NCBI RefSeq assembly: GCF_038025025.1
Contig: NW_027117343.1
Coordinates: 434,001-498,000, forward strand
Reading direction: 5' to 3'
Origin: Phyllosticta citribraziliensis
Taxonomy: Eukaryota
Length of the DNA stretch: 64,000 nt
Part shown: piece by piece, positions 23,199 through 35,734 of the stretch
Numbering within the stretch: the first letter of the stretch is position 1
How the letters are laid out: each line of letters opens with the position of its first letter
The notes under the pieces: model-generated
What the model saw: only the letters and a program-made list of their open reading frames with translations
What the model was told of the DNA's origin: nothing
Database searches by the model: none
Made by a program: the position numbers and the translations under genes

Positions 23199-23999
23199 AT
23201 GACGGACCAGAAGAAATACACGACCAAGCTGGCCGACCAGCACGTCCTCATCCTCGGCGGCAGCTCAGGCATCGGGCTCGGGCTGGCCGAAGCGGTGCTC
23301 GAGCACGGCGCGCGCGTCACCATCGCCAGCAGCAACGCGCAGCGCCTGGCGACGGCCGTGTCGCAGCTCAGCAGCGCGTACCCGAGCGCGGCCAGCAAGC
23401 AGTTCATCAGCAGCCATGTATGCGACCTGGGCGACCCCAACACGCTCGAGGCCAACATCGAGGCGCTGTTTGCCGCCACGACGGGCACGGCGCCGCTGCA
23501 GCACGTCGTCTTCACGGCGGGCGAGCCGCTGGCCACGGTGCCTTTGCAAGAAATGGATGTCGGCAAGGCGCAAGCGGCGGGCACGGTGCGCTTCTTCGCG
23601 CCGCTGCTGGTGGCCAAGCACGCGGCGCGCGCGCTGCCAGCGACGACGGGCTCCAGCATCACGCTGACGTCCGGGTCGTCGGGCGACCGGCCGCCCATGG
23701 CCAACTGGGGGCTCATCGCGGCGTACGCGGCGGGCCTGTTCGGCATGGTGCGCGGGCTGGCGGTGGACCTGCGGCCGCGGCGCGTCAACGTGGTGGCGCC
23801 GGGGGCGGTCGAGACGCCGCTGTGGGCGACGAGCTTTGGCGAGCGGCACGAGGCCATGGCGAAGAGTATCGGGGAGGGGCTGTTGACGGGCGAGGTCGGG
23901 CAGGTGGAGCAGGTTGTTGAGGCGTACCTGTGGTGTTTGAAGGATCGGTTTGTGACGGGTGAGGTGGTGAGGACGAATGGCGGCGCGTTGATTGCTTAG
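23199..23999 (+). CDS. Short-chain dehydrogenase/reductase (intronless, atypical active site)
   Basis: GGSSGIG nucleotide-binding motif, RVNVVAPGAVETPLW and TGEVVRTNGG. TATAAA near 23052. Confidence 0.92.
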   Translation: MTDQKKYTTKLADQHVLILGGSSGIGLGLAEAVLEHGARVTIASSNAQRLATAVSQLSSAYPSAASKQFISSHVCDLGDPNTLEANIEALFAATTGTAPLQHVVFTAGEPLATVPLQEMDVGKAQAAGTVRFFAPLLVAKHAARALPATTGSSITLTSGSSGDRPPMANWGLIAAYAAGLFGMVRGLAVDLRPRRVNVVAPGAVETPLWATSFGERHEAMAKSIGEGLLTGEVGQVEQVVEAYLWCLKDRFVTGEVVRTNGGALIA

Positions 24000-24230
24000 G
24001 GGTGGGGGGATGGTTTCTGGGGGCGAGTGTGGAGGGTGTGGTGTGGGGGTTTTGGCCGTGTCTCTCTGCTCTGGCGTCTGGCGTGTAGTTCGACTGTCGA
24101 TGCTGCTAGCAAAGTGTGAGTAGATTCTCTGATTGGAATGACAGTCGCTCTCTTCTCTCCACCTGAGTTCCTTGTCCCCAGTCGTCTTGAATGAATCCTT
24201 GCCTCGCCCGGCGAGGAAGCGGAGGAAAGG

Positions 24231-24249
24231 AAAAAAAAAAAAAAAAAAA
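24231..24249. repeat. Poly(A) tract, 19 nt
   Basis: Direct read. Confidence 0.95.
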
Positions 24250-25139
24250 GAGACGAGAGAGGAAAATCACGACCTCACCCCTCTGCGCCAAACCACGACC
24301 GCACAACACCACCTCCACCCAGCCCAGCCTCCAGTCACAGGACACAGTTCCATCTCATGTCATCTCACCTCATCGCATTACGCACACCACAACGACCAGC
24401 CCAGCCAGCGGCGCTGCAGCCACAGCAAGTAAGCTCCGCCAAGCAGCACGGCGTTCGTTTCGTTTCAGGGCCGCCGCACGCATCCTTCGCATGCGATGTC
24501 ATGGGTCGGTCAGTCAGTCAGCGCTGCACGGCATGGCAACGCGACGCAACGCGACGCAAAGCGACGGAGTGATGTCTTGGCGCTCTCTGGGTAGAAGACA
24601 AGACGGTTGAGACGGTTCAGATGAACGAGATGATGTAGGCCTGGAAAGAGAGACATGAGAGACAGTGGTGAGAAACGGCGGAGAGTACGGCATAGCAGAG
24701 GCAGTGGCAGTATAGCCAAACACGAGATGCGAGACAAGCCTGTTGTCGCAAAGGGGCATGTTTCTCGCCGGTCAAGAGGCTGAGGAGGCTGAGGGGAGGA
24801 GATGCAGGGACTGCATGACTGCATATGTAGGGTACCTTAGGTACATGCATGCAGGGCGACGACGACGAGGACGAGGACAACGGTTGTCGTATTTTTAGCG
24901 GTGGTGGGCTGAAGAAAACTGTGGGTGTGGGTGTGGGTGGTTGGTTGCTGGAAGGGCAAGAGGAAGCGGCGAATGGTGAGTGAGTGAGGCTGAGGCCGTA
25001 CCCGCCATGTCTCCACGCGGCGGCGGCGTGGCGCAAGCTTGCAGGTGGATCTCCATAAGGCGCCTATCTCGTAAAGACATCTATACTGGTACAAGATCCT
25101 ACACTGCCAACCTACCACGCGAAAAGACGCCAGCCTTCC

Positions 25140-25796
25140 TCACCGCGATATCTCAAAGAGCTTGCCCGCCAGCTGCGCAACGTCCTGGGCGCCTAGACCC
25201 TGCAGGGCGCTCTTGATGGCCGACACGGTGTCGGGCCGCAGCCCGCCTGCGCGCCGACTGTAAATGTCGATGCCGGCCGGCGTAAACAGCGTCGACGCGA
25301 AGAACGTCACGACCCATTGGTTGCCCTCGCCGGCGTCAACTTCCTCTTCATCGCCGTACCCCAGCACCTCCCACCGACTGCTCGCAATCTTCAGCCAGCC
25401 CTTGCCACGCCAGTCCCAGGCCCAGCCGTCGCCCTCGCCGTGGTCACGACCAAGCTGTGCGGGCGCGTCGACGCCGTGGATGGACTTGCGCTTGTCGGCG
25501 GGCCCGTTGGCGGGAGCGTACTCTACCAAATCGTCGAGCTTGACCGGGTCGGTGGATGCGAGCGGGGTGTAGGTGATGGTGACGTTGCGCTTCGAGGACC
25601 ACATGGGCAGGGTCGAGTGCGTGACATGCCAAGTGCCGGCGAGAAAGGCGGGGGACGGAGGAGGTGGAGATGGAGCTGGAGCTGGGGTGGCGGCGGTTGA
25701 TGAAGGGGGTGGTTTTGTGGGCGGCGTCGACGTGTAGGGCGCGTGAAGGGTGATTGGGGGAGTGGTGGCCTGCGGGGGGTCTTGTGTGCCTGACAT
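25140..25796 (-). CDS. Conserved hypothetical protein, lipocalin/calycin-like
   Basis: Pro-rich leader, then LAGTWHVTHSTLPMW (GxW motif), WRGKGWLKIASSRWEVLG and TPAGIDIYSR. The fold assignment is inference. Confidence 0.75.
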   Translation of the reverse strand: MSGTQDPPQATTPPITLHAPYTSTPPTKPPPSSTAATPAPAPSPPPPSPAFLAGTWHVTHSTLPMWSSKRNVTITYTPLASTDPVKLDDLVEYAPANGPADKRKSIHGVDAPAQLGRDHGEGDGWAWDWRGKGWLKIASSRWEVLGYGDEEEVDAGEGNQWVVTFFASTLFTPAGIDIYSRRAGGLRPDTVSAIKSALQGLGAQDVAQLAGKLFEISR

Positions 25797-26460
25797 GGTT
25801 GTGGTGTTTGTTGTGTGATTGTCTGGACCGCGAAGTATCCAGTGTGGTTGAGTGGAGCTGGAGCCAGTGACATCAGCCGGGGGGTGGGGACTGGACGCCA
25901 TTCGCTTCCATCTTCGTGCTACAACCACAGCATCTATTCTCCGTGGCGCAAACCTCAACTCCATCCAACTTCACTCCCTCATCCTCGACAATGACGTCCG
26001 CAGGAACAATGGCCGCCGTCTTGTCTTGTCTTGTCTTGGCTGATGCAGTCTCATCTCAGGCCGCCGTTTCCAGGCCGCCCAGTCCGTCTCGGGAAGCGCT
26101 GACGACGACGTGCGCGACTTGCGTAAACGGGGCAGTGCATCACGGACGGTAAGGTACAAAAATATAAGCAGCCTCCACTTGGGCCAAGCTTCCCACGCTG
26201 ATGGGATGCTCACCTCTGTCGCTGACGAGCCCTCATATACCCTCTGCTTGGCCCTCTCTTCATCTCGTCCATCTCTCATTTCCTCTGCTGTCGCTGCGCC
26301 CCGGACCAAATATATTTATTTCGACCCCGACCCTCCCCGTCGTTTGATGCTTGCAAGCAGCTTCCCAGTTCGCCATTAAGCTTAACAAAAAGCTCCCTGC
26401 TCCCGCCTCGGCCGCAACCTTGTTTGCAAAAGCTCAAAGCCAATCAATCCGAAAAAAAAA

Positions 26461-27528
26461 ATGAATTTCAAAAATCTTGGCCGCGCAACCGCACTACTCT
26501 CTCTCACTTCAGCCGCCTCGGCCCAAACTGTCTGCAACAACTCGCCATCGCTCTGCTCGAAATCATATGGCAACGTAACGGTGCTTGGAGCCCATGACTC
26601 GCCCTTCATTTCGGACAAGACGACTGGCTACAGCACCTCTGGAAACCAATTCTACAACTCGACAGTCCAGCTCGACGCCGGCGTGCGTCTCCTCACCGCT
26701 CAAGTCCACAACTACGACAATGACGGCACGACTGAATGGCATCTCTGCCACAGCAGCTGCGCGCTGCTCGACGCAGGAAAGCTGTCAGACTGGCTGAGGA
26801 CGATCAAAGAGTGGCTCGACTCCAATAGCAACGACGTCGTGACACTGCTGCTCGTCAACTCGGACGACGCCAGCGCCTCGGACCTCAACAGCGAGTTCCG
26901 CAACAGCGGCATCACCACTTACGCCTACACGCCAGAAAACACGACGACGCCCATGACCACCTGGCCGACGCTGCACTCGCTCATCTCCAACAACACGCGG
27001 CTGGTCACGTTCGTGGCCTCGCTGTCCGACACGACCGACGCGCCGTACCTGCTCGACGAGTTCACCTTCGTCTACGAAAACAACTACGACAACACGTCGC
27101 CGAGCAACTTCTCGTGCCAGCCGGACCGCCCGACGTCGCTCGCCAACAAGCCGACCCAGGCGCAAGACTCGGGCCGCCTGTTCCTGCAAAACCACTTCCT
27201 GTACAGCACCGACGGGCTGGGCATCGAGTCGCCCAACAAGGCCGCGCTCAACACGACCAACGCGCTGTCGGGCACGGGCTCGCTCGGCGACGCCATGCAG
27301 ACGTGCGCGGCCACGTACGCCGCGCAGCCGTGGGGCGTGCTCGTCGACTTCTTCAACGTCGGCCCCGCCATTGCCAGCGTCGACCGCGCAAACGGCGTCG
27401 ATGACGCCTCGGGGCGTGCCAACGTCAGCACCGCTCAGGTCACCCGCAACAGCGGCGCCGTGGGCCGCGTCGGCGTGTCCAGCCTGGCGCTCGCTGTCGT
27501 TGCGCTGACGGCGGCGTGGGTGTTGTAA
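26461..27528 (+). CDS. Secreted, probably GPI-anchored PLC-like phosphodiesterase (PI-PLC X-domain type)
   Basis: Signal peptide, CNNSPSLC, GAHDSPF, QLDAGVRLL, LCHSSC, NHFL and a hydrophobic C-terminus; intronless. Confidence 0.92.
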   Translation: MNFKNLGRATALLSLTSAASAQTVCNNSPSLCSKSYGNVTVLGAHDSPFISDKTTGYSTSGNQFYNSTVQLDAGVRLLTAQVHNYDNDGTTEWHLCHSSCALLDAGKLSDWLRTIKEWLDSNSNDVVTLLLVNSDDASASDLNSEFRNSGITTYAYTPENTTTPMTTWPTLHSLISNNTRLVTFVASLSDTTDAPYLLDEFTFVYENNYDNTSPSNFSCQPDRPTSLANKPTQAQDSGRLFLQNHFLYSTDGLGIESPNKAALNTTNALSGTGSLGDAMQTCAATYAAQPWGVLVDFFNVGPAIASVDRANGVDDASGRANVSTAQVTRNSGAVGRVGVSSLALAVVALTAAWVL

Positions 27529-28547
27529 ACACACCTGTCAAACACTTGCGCACATCTCGTCGTCCAAGCCCTCCATCATTTCCCAGCCAAAAGCCAAGCA
27601 GAAATAGGGGGGCGGTCGTGTTTTATTACACCGAACCGGAATTGTTTAATTGCTCTCTTGTCTCTCCTATTTTCTCCCGTCTCTCCCCGTCTCCTGTCTC
27701 TCTCTCAATCAGATATCCACTGCTTGTTTCTCCCCTTTCTCCCGTTCTCGTGTCCTCTGTATTGTCTTGTCAGGCATGTCTTTTCCCACATCAAATCAAA
27801 CCGCCGCCTCCACCGCTGCCGCCGCTCTCTCACGACGTCACGATTTCTTTGTCCTACGCGGGGGCCGGACTGGGCTGGGTTGGGTTGGGTTGGGATGGGC
27901 TGCACACACATCTCTCGTGTTTTGTGTTCGCATGATCGCATAGCAATGGCGCTACTTGGTTGCATTTTCTGTCCTTTTTTTCACTGCATCTTTTCAAGCG
28001 TGAGCAGCATGCATACGTACATGTATAGAAAGTTGGCATGGAGTGGAAATTGCATGGTATGGTATAGGATGGCACAGCATGCTATGTAGCATAGAAGCAC
28101 AACGGCATGTGCTGGGTAGTATCAAAATCGCATTTACTCATACATCTGCAAATGCTTTTTACTTGTGCGTGTGTAAGTGTGTGTGCCCTGGAGTAGGCAT
28201 CGCCATCCCATCCAATGTTAGCACCGAGACGCCGATGTGATGGATAAAGGTACGAAGCATTCACCCACACGCATGCCAACGCGCGTAATGCAACTTGTAG
28301 ATGTTGAGAAAGGTAAGGTGGAATAATGGTATATTTGGATTTTTGATCATAGGTGCCAAAGGGCCTGTTCTGTTCTTCTTCTGCTGCTTCTCCTGCTTCT
28401 GCTTCCCCTTCTCGTCCTCGTCATCCCTCAGATCGTCGTCTCCTTTTACCCCGGCCCATCGGTTCGACTGCCTGCCAGTCATGCATGGCATACAATCACG
28501 CAAGCAAGACCAGGCCAACCAGGCCAATCTGTGCCAAACCAAGCCAT

Positions 28548-28583
28548 CTCACAGCCCTCACAGCCCTCACAGCCCTCACAGCT
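28548..28583. repeat. 9-bp tandem repeat (ctcacagcc)x4 overlapping the SLC1 stop codon
   Basis: Direct read; the last copy is ctcacagct. Confidence 0.9.
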
Positions 28584-29635
28584 CCTTCTTCACCGGCTCA
28601 TGCGCCGCACCACCATCCGCCTTCATAGCCATCGGCGCCCCATTCGCACTCCTCGCCATGCCCATCAACGTGGTCAACATATCCTCCCGCGTCTCCGTCG
28701 TCAAGCGATCCACATCCGCCGTCGTCAACCCCACCGTCTGCACCGGCGGCAGCACCTTGACCGGAATGACGCCGCTCGAAAACACGCGCTTCTGGATGTT
28801 CAGCACGTTGCTGTAGTTGGCGACGACGATGGGCACGATGGGCACCTGCGCCTGCACCGCCAGGTGGAAGGCGCCCTTCTTGAACGGCAGCAGCTCCGGC
28901 TGCGACGCGTACGACCGCGTGCCTTCGGTGAAGATGAAGACGGATTGCTGCTCGTTGCGCATGTAGTTGGCGGCGCCGTCGAAGGCGGCGCGCGCGTTGG
29001 TGCGGTTGCCGCGGTCGATGAAGACGGATTTGGAGAGGGCCACTGCGCCGCGGTTGATATTAGAGAGAATGGTCAGAGAGGAGCGGCAGGGTTTGCTTAC
29101 TGAACCACCCGAGGATGGGCACGTATTTGAGCGACTTTTTCGCGGACACGGAGCAGTAGGGGGGAAAGACGCAGCCCAGCATCAGGACATCGAGCTCCCT
29201 ATACAGACAAGTCAGCACGACATACCAAACGCACTCTGCCGCTCGCTTCATGTCAAGCTCCACCACCTCCCCAAAAGATCAAGCCACTTACGTCTGATGG
29301 TTGCCAATAAAGACGGCCGGCCGCGTCTTCAGGTACTCCTCGCCCTCGACGACCTTGAACGACACGCCCGTCGTCAACCACATGCACCACTTGAAGGCCC
29401 TGGCGACGAAGTACTGGCTGAGGCCGCCGTAGCCGACGACGCGCAGCGCCGCGCTGGCCACGACGCCATATGCGGCGCACAGGATCAGCGACGTGAAGCC
29501 CGCAATGGCACGCGCCGCAAACGACAGCATTCTCGAGACGGGCGGCACGACGGGCGACGTGGCCGCCGACAGGATGTGGAAGAGGAGCGGCGAGAGGATG
29601 ACGGCCAGGAACGTGGTGCTGAGGAGGCCGCCCAT
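28576..29635 (-). CDS. SLC1: 1-acyl-sn-glycerol-3-phosphate acyltransferase (3 exons)
   Basis: Spliced NHQTELD (HX4D), FIDR, FTEGTRS and PFKKGAF. Introns at 29199-29291 and 29043-29100. Confidence 0.95.
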
Positions 29636-30683
29636 CGCCGGGGTACCTATGCCTTTATTTATATAATTTTTTTCTTCTGCCGTCGTTCTTTGCCGCGGCG
29701 GTGATTGGTGATTGGGGGGTTGCTGCCCGCGCCGGCGTCGTGCGCGGTAGGTGCGTCTTCTGCCTCGAGAGTTGTGCGTGGTTGCGGACGCGGTTTGCGG
29801 GATCGGAGAAGCTCGGGGCTGCTGCAGAGGGAGGGGCGTGCGAGGCGAAACTGGCTGGGTGCCTTGTGTTGGGTCAGGTCGTTGTTGGGGCTGGCGGGGA
29901 ATTGGCCCAAAGGTGGTGGGAGGGCGGAATTTGGTAGGTGGAGGGGAGGAGAATGGCGACGAAGCGTCGCCGAGATGCGAGAGAGGTCGAGAGTCGAGCC
30001 GCGTGGAGCGTAAGCTTGGGCAGGCAAAGAGATGGGGACGACGGGCCCAAGGCAGAGTGTGGGGTGGTGTTGAGGAAGAAATATCGGCAGTTTTTTGCTT
30101 GGCTCTGCTCTGGACGGGATGCATGTGCCCGCCGCCCGAGCTGGCTGGTGGTGACGCGCCAGGCGGTGAGGCCGTGACCCGATGACAGCGGTCCGCCGCT
30201 CCGTTTGGTCTGTTTGGTCAAGTGTTTGGTCCACATGGCCACCCTCAGCACCACACACACACTGACTGCTCACTTTCCATTCGACTTCACGTCGTACGCA
30301 TTCCAACGCTGCATTAACGCCCACCCTCCATGCAGAGAAATACCACCGCCACTTCAACTGTACACCGTCCACGCCCGCCCCCGAAAGGATGCTCTCCTCT
30401 ACCTCACCCCTGCTTTTTCCCAATAACGCCGCCCCATGCGGTTGCTGTTGGTAGCTAGCCAAAAGACGAAATCCGAACCAACCGAAACCCACAAACGCCA
30501 AGATGCTCGCTTTCATGGTATCAAATCACTCCAGCCGTGACCGCGTCATTCGCACCTAGTCCTGTCCTGCGAGTGGGCTGCTAATAAATCAAGAATGCCC
30601 GATGCTGCTAGGAAAAATGGCCAAGAGATGGGAGGTGTGACCGGGTCCTAAGGAGATCAAGATCGTGAGCTTGTACGACGAGC

Positions 30684-33271
30684 TCATATTTCGTCGTACT
30701 CGTCATCATCCTCGTCCTCGTCGTCCTCAAGACTCTCCATGGCCTCTTTGATGAATTGAGATGCCTGTTAATGGTCAGCAACAAACTTGCTCGTTTTTCT
30801 GAAAAACGTACCTTGGGATCCAGATTCAACGCTACGGTAAAATGCCTGATTGCATTCGTCTTGTCTCCCATCATCTTGTGTAGCCGTCCAAGCATAAAGT
30901 GGACGTTGGCTTCGTCGGGTGCCAATTCTTTCAAAACTTCAAATTCTGCCAGCGCTTCCCGGTGTTGCCTCAAATTCATCAAAGCTCGTGCCTTCTTGAA
31001 GCGAGCCAAGGCGCTCTTCGGGTCGAGCTCGCATGCGATGCTGTATTGGCGCAAGGCTGCCTGCGGTTTCCGCGTCTTTTCCAAAACCATGCCGATGCAC
31101 ACGATGAGCACCGCATTCGTCGGATTGATTTGTGCCGCGTTTTTAAAGTGCTTCTCGGCGATTTCGTATTTGCCCATCTTGTCGTATACTCGTCCCAGGC
31201 CATACCAGCCGTTGTAGTGACGATGGTCGGCCGAAATGGCGCAGCGGTACGCGAGGAGAGCCTTGTCAAACTCCTCATTGGCAACGTGCTCGTGTCCTTG
31301 GAGGGTAAAGGCGTAGGCAAACTTGGGGTCCAGCTGTGTGGCCCGCTTGAAGCACTTGATTGCGTGGTCGTGTTCCCTTTGGAGAGAAAACGAGTTTCCA
31401 ATGGCACACCAAGCTTGCGGGGAGAGGCGATCTGCCTCAATCAGCTCGTGCGCCAGGTACGCCAGCTCCGTCTCGCGTTTCAGGTGCCACAGGACGGTCG
31501 AGTAGATTTCCATGTCCTCCAGTCGTGAAGGAACCATTTGCTTGACTTTTTCAAAAACATCCGCAGCCTCCGCATACTGCCCGCGCTCGAACCACGCCTT
31601 GCCGATTTGAGCCAATACCCAGGGAGTGTCTCGCTGTGGTGCAGAGAGGGCCATGAATTCGTTAAAAGCAGCCAGCAGCGAATACCGGCTGAGATGGTAG
31701 TATCCGCTTCCGAGCTTCCCAAATAGTTCCAACAGCCACTGCAGAGCCTCCTTTTCTTTGGCCAACTCTTGAAGAGCCTGCGTCTCCTTTTCTGGTGCTT
31801 TTGAGGCGACTCCAGCAGTGACGCTTGCCGGCCTCGACTCTTTCAATTCTCGTTCCCGGTCTGAAGCGTCGATCGGCTTCCTGTTGCCGCTAATAACTCT
31901 TCCGACCCCGGAATTGACGCTAGTTTTGCTGCTTCTAGCTGCTGTCGGTAGTCGTGCTCTCCTCATCTCCCTCTTTTCCCTCTCCTTGGCCTCGACGTCT
32001 CTGGCTGAGCTCATAGTACGGCTACTGGAAGGGCGAATGTGGTCTTGGACGGATTGCATCAAGCGGTGGCTCCTCCTAGGTTGCGACGTAGGTGCAGCTG
32101 ATGCAGTACTGGATTGGGCCATGTTGCCTGAGACGGTTCGCTTTTGGGCGGTTGTGGACGGTTTAGAAGGCTCCTCGTTTCCACTCGTGTCGGTTCCTGA
32201 CCGGATTCGGCTCCTCGTCGTTATCGACTTCATCTTTGGCACGTCAACACCAGAGTCGGTTAGTGTCGGCGCTTGCCGCGATCTCCTCACCGGCGCGTGT
32301 GGTGGCTCCGTCGTGGCTCTGCCAAGACCCGAGCCACCCGCTTCACCCATCATGACGTCTTCATCGTAGGATCCGCCGCCGGCTGCGGGCGTTTCTGCAT
32401 CCACAGCGTGAGCCGCATTGCCATTTGTCACGTTAAAGCCATTGAATTTGGAAAACAAACCACCGCCATTCCTTGTACCGGTGGGTATTGAGGAGTTGAA
32501 GGGGTCGTTGCCGGGCGTAAAAAAGCCGTTTGGCCCCGGCGGGGCAAGGTTCGAGTGAGCGGGCGGTGAATCCGAGGCCATCATGTTCAGAGAAGTTGCG
32601 CTGAGAAATGCAGACATCTCCGGCGTCATTTTGAAAATGTTCGAGGTACGAATCACGGCACCTAAGAAAATTAGCCCTTGCTCATTTCCCTTGACATTTG
32701 TCATACCCGTGTCGCAGAGGTCGATGAATGCATCCCACATGAAGGGATTCAGTTTGAGAGCCTCAGTATAGCAGGCAATGGCCTTGGTGACGTCGCCATG
32801 CGCGCGCCACAACTTGCCCAAAAGGCAATTTACGGCTGCCGCATCTGGAACGTGCCTTCTTACGACTTCCGAATGTTTATCTGATCCTCACGTCAGCGAC
32901 AAAAGGCGGGTGTTGCCGACAATGTCAAACTCACTCCAGTGGTTTCTACCACCCCAGAATCCCCGAGCGCGGTCCAGCGCGGTAATGCCTTCGGCGCATC
33001 TTTGCAGGCCCAGACAGGCTTGCGCAAAGACATATGCACAGCCCAAGTGGTGACCTCTGTAGCCCTTTTCTCTGCTGTAATCGTGGGCGGCCTTGAGGTT
33101 GCCAAGTCGGAGGTGGCAGAGAGCAAAAAGATGCGCGGCGTCGGCGCTTCGTGGCTCTTGTCCGTGCAAACGGCCGGCTATGAAGAGCGCATTGTGAATG
33201 AGGTCGTTGTCGAGGTGGTAGTAAACGAGCTGCCGCAGCTGGGTAGCTACGTGAGGGCTCGAAGGCGGCAT
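30684..33271 (-). CDS. CDC27: Anaphase-promoting complex TPR subunit Apc3/Cdc27 (BimA/Nuc2)
   Basis: N-terminal LRQLVYYHLDN and ALKLNPFMWDAF; C-terminal TPRs SPQAWCAIGNSFSLQREH and YAFTLQGHE. The last exon, after an intron, encodes ASQFIKEAMESLEDD...EI* with the stop at 30684. Confidence 0.95.
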
Positions 33272-33896
33272 GGCGGGAGGTAGGATTCGGGCGGCGGCAG
33301 TGGAGGGAATGTTGGGGTTGTGCGTCCTTGATAGGTGCAGAGAGGATTGAGCAGATCAAGCCATGAAGAGATCGCAGCTGTCGGTGGTGGAAGAGCCGGG
33401 ATAGTGGTATACGGTATACGCTTGCGTCGGGGCGACAAAGGCGGACGTGGTTGGTGCGACAGGAGCGCAGAGCAGTTAGAGGCGAAAAGACATGAGCGGA
33501 GGTCTCGGCGGAGGGGAAGCGTGGGCGGAGGAGGTCGGTTGTGGGGGGTGGTTGGAGCGGGTTCGAGGTGGCAGGACAGAACCAAGATGCGATGATGGGA
33601 TGGCGCTTGTGTTGTTCTGTTGTGAGGGTGCCAGTGGCTGTCGTCGGCTGCTGATCGCGCCAAGCCAGGTCCGCAGTTCCCCCAGCGATCCCTCCGCCCC
33701 GACTCCAACTCTACCTTAACAAGTCCACCAGACCGCACGTCACCCACGCTTATTCCCCTTCGTCGCGTGGCCTTTTGCATTTCGCTGCGAGTCTCGTGTC
33801 TTTCAATTCCACACAGTCCTTGCCTCGTCGACTTTCTCCTCCTTTCCGCGCCAATTGACCGCCCTTGCGAGCTCTTTCACAGCTCATCACCCCACC

Positions 33897-34562
33897 ATGG
33901 CCCAAGTAAGCTCTTCCCTGTCCCTGGAGGGCCCCAGAATCTGCCATCATTTCCCAAAACCTCGGTCGAAAACACCAGCTCACCACAATCTAGAAATCAC
34001 TCAAGCAGCTCGCCGCTCGCAACAAGTCGACCCTCAACCGGACCCTCTTCCTCACCATCGGCATCCACGCCTTTTTCGTTTTGACGCGCATCTTCTTCCG
34101 CCCATTCACGCGCTCTTCCCTCATAAAGTACATTCTTCTTTCGACACCTTCATGGCTCATTCAATTCTGGTTCGAGCGCATGGCACGGCCCACGCACGAC
34201 GCGCAGACGGGGGAGCTGCGCCGCGCCGGCGAGGACCTCGAGGCGCAGGGCATGACCGAATGGATGTGGGATGTGCTCTACTGGACATATGGATGCTTGG
34301 TGCTGGTGGCAGTGGCCGGTGAGGCGGCCTGGTGGCTTTGGGTATGTTGGAGCAATCAAGACTTTGGCGCGGTGTTTGCTAATCCCTGTGGTAGGCCGGC
34401 ATTCCACTCTATTCGGCATATCTGGCATACACCACCTTCACAGGCGCCAAGAAAAGCATGGCGGGTTTGGCGGGAGCGGGCTCGCCAGACCAGGGACACG
34501 CGACTGGCAGCAAGAGACAGCAAAAGATGGAGAAGAGGGGTCAGAAAGTGCAATACAGGTGA
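33897..34562 (+). CDS. SND2: SRP-independent targeting protein 2 / TMEM208 (DUF788); 3 exons
   Basis: 9-nt first exon ATGGCCCAA and intron 33906-33993. Then KSLKQLAARN, GEDLEAQGMTEWMWDVLYWT and C-terminal SKRQQKMEKRGQKVQYR*. Confidence 0.92.
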
Positions 34563-34846
34563 GAGTTGCAGACCGGCATTTGTGGTTAGTAAAGCAATCG
34601 TCGCATAGTTTGCATCTCAAAACTCGAGTGATTCAGTCACGTATGCTGCAACACTGGCAAATCTTGGATCCAAGACGAGAACGAGTTCGTTGACTCTGTT
34701 GATATGATATGTTAACGAAGGAAACGAATACCAAGGAGAACACTTTTCAAGCCAATAAAACCCATAACCCAGTCAACGCCGCCAAGTGCCCAGTCTCTCA
34801 ATCTCGACCCAGTTTGCAGAAGATTGTCTTTCCAGCGACCGACACC

Positions 34847-35734
34847 CTAGTTGTTGTTCTGGCTGTTGAGAATCCTGAGAATGGCCAAGAAGAGGTTGAT
34901 GATGTCCAGGTAGAGCGAAATGGCGGCCGCAATCTCTTCCTCGACGTGGTAGTGGCGCATGATGAGCGACGTGTCCACCAGCACGTACCCGGAAAAGATG
35001 AGGGCAGCGATGATGCCGTAGACTAATTCGACCTTGTCGTTGTACGGGAAAAAGGCCGACATGAAGCCAAACATGATCAGAATCCAAAGGCCGCCAAACA
35101 GGTATGGCTGCCATGCGGTGAAGTCATACTTGCTCTGGCAGGCGAATAGAGTAAGCGCGACAAAGATGGCGAGCGTAAAGATGACGGCCTCGAGCACAAT
35201 CTTGCTCTCGTAAAAAGACGTGATGACGCTGATGCTGTAGGCCTCGAGAGCAGTGAATCCGCCCAGGAAGAGCAAGTTTGTTGGGTATGACTTGCGCTTC
35301 CAATATGTGGCCAGCATGAAACCGATGGCTCCGAAAAGCGACACCCACATGGCCCATTGGTTCGACTGGATCCAGTTTCGGTAGGTCGCGTTGAAGAAGG
35401 AGATGGAGCTGAGGAAAGCGGTAAAGAGCAGTTGGACGGTCAGGATGGCGTAGACCTTGCGCACAAAGGCCATGCGGATGTCGAGGGTGGCTTCGGCGAC
35501 GACGCCGCCAAACTGCGAGGGTTAGCGCGTTGATGCACGAGTGTGTCGGGCGATGTGGTTGTCTACCTTGAAGTCGTCGGGCAAGTTGTCATCCTCGCCG
35601 CGCGCAACACCGGACAGGAGGGCTGCGTTGGTGGAGGCTTCGGCTTCGTAGGCGGGTGGCGGCTGGCTCGGGTGGTGCTGGTCGTCGAGCGAGTCGCGCT
35701 GGGGGATGGGCTGGAATTTTGTGGTGGCGGCCAT
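34847..35734 (-). CDS. BXI1: Bax inhibitor-1/TMBIM family membrane protein (alternative ATG at 35761)
   Basis: LPDDFK|FGGVVAEATLDIRMAFVRKVYAILTVQL, multiple TM helices and AAISLYLDIINLFL. One intron at about 35514-35566. Confidence 0.94.

Noticed and set aside
23081..23920. Long alternative-frame and antisense ORFs over the SDR (likewise over the PLC, SLC1, RhoGEF 3' end, mccB and helicase genes)
   Set aside because: Expected from high GC3 depleting stop codons in other frames.
29659..30516. 285-aa ORF between SLC1 and CDC27, and the N-terminal extension of ORF 29288..30124
   Set aside because: Low-complexity translation of promoter and UTR sequence; SLC1 similarity begins near ATG 29635.
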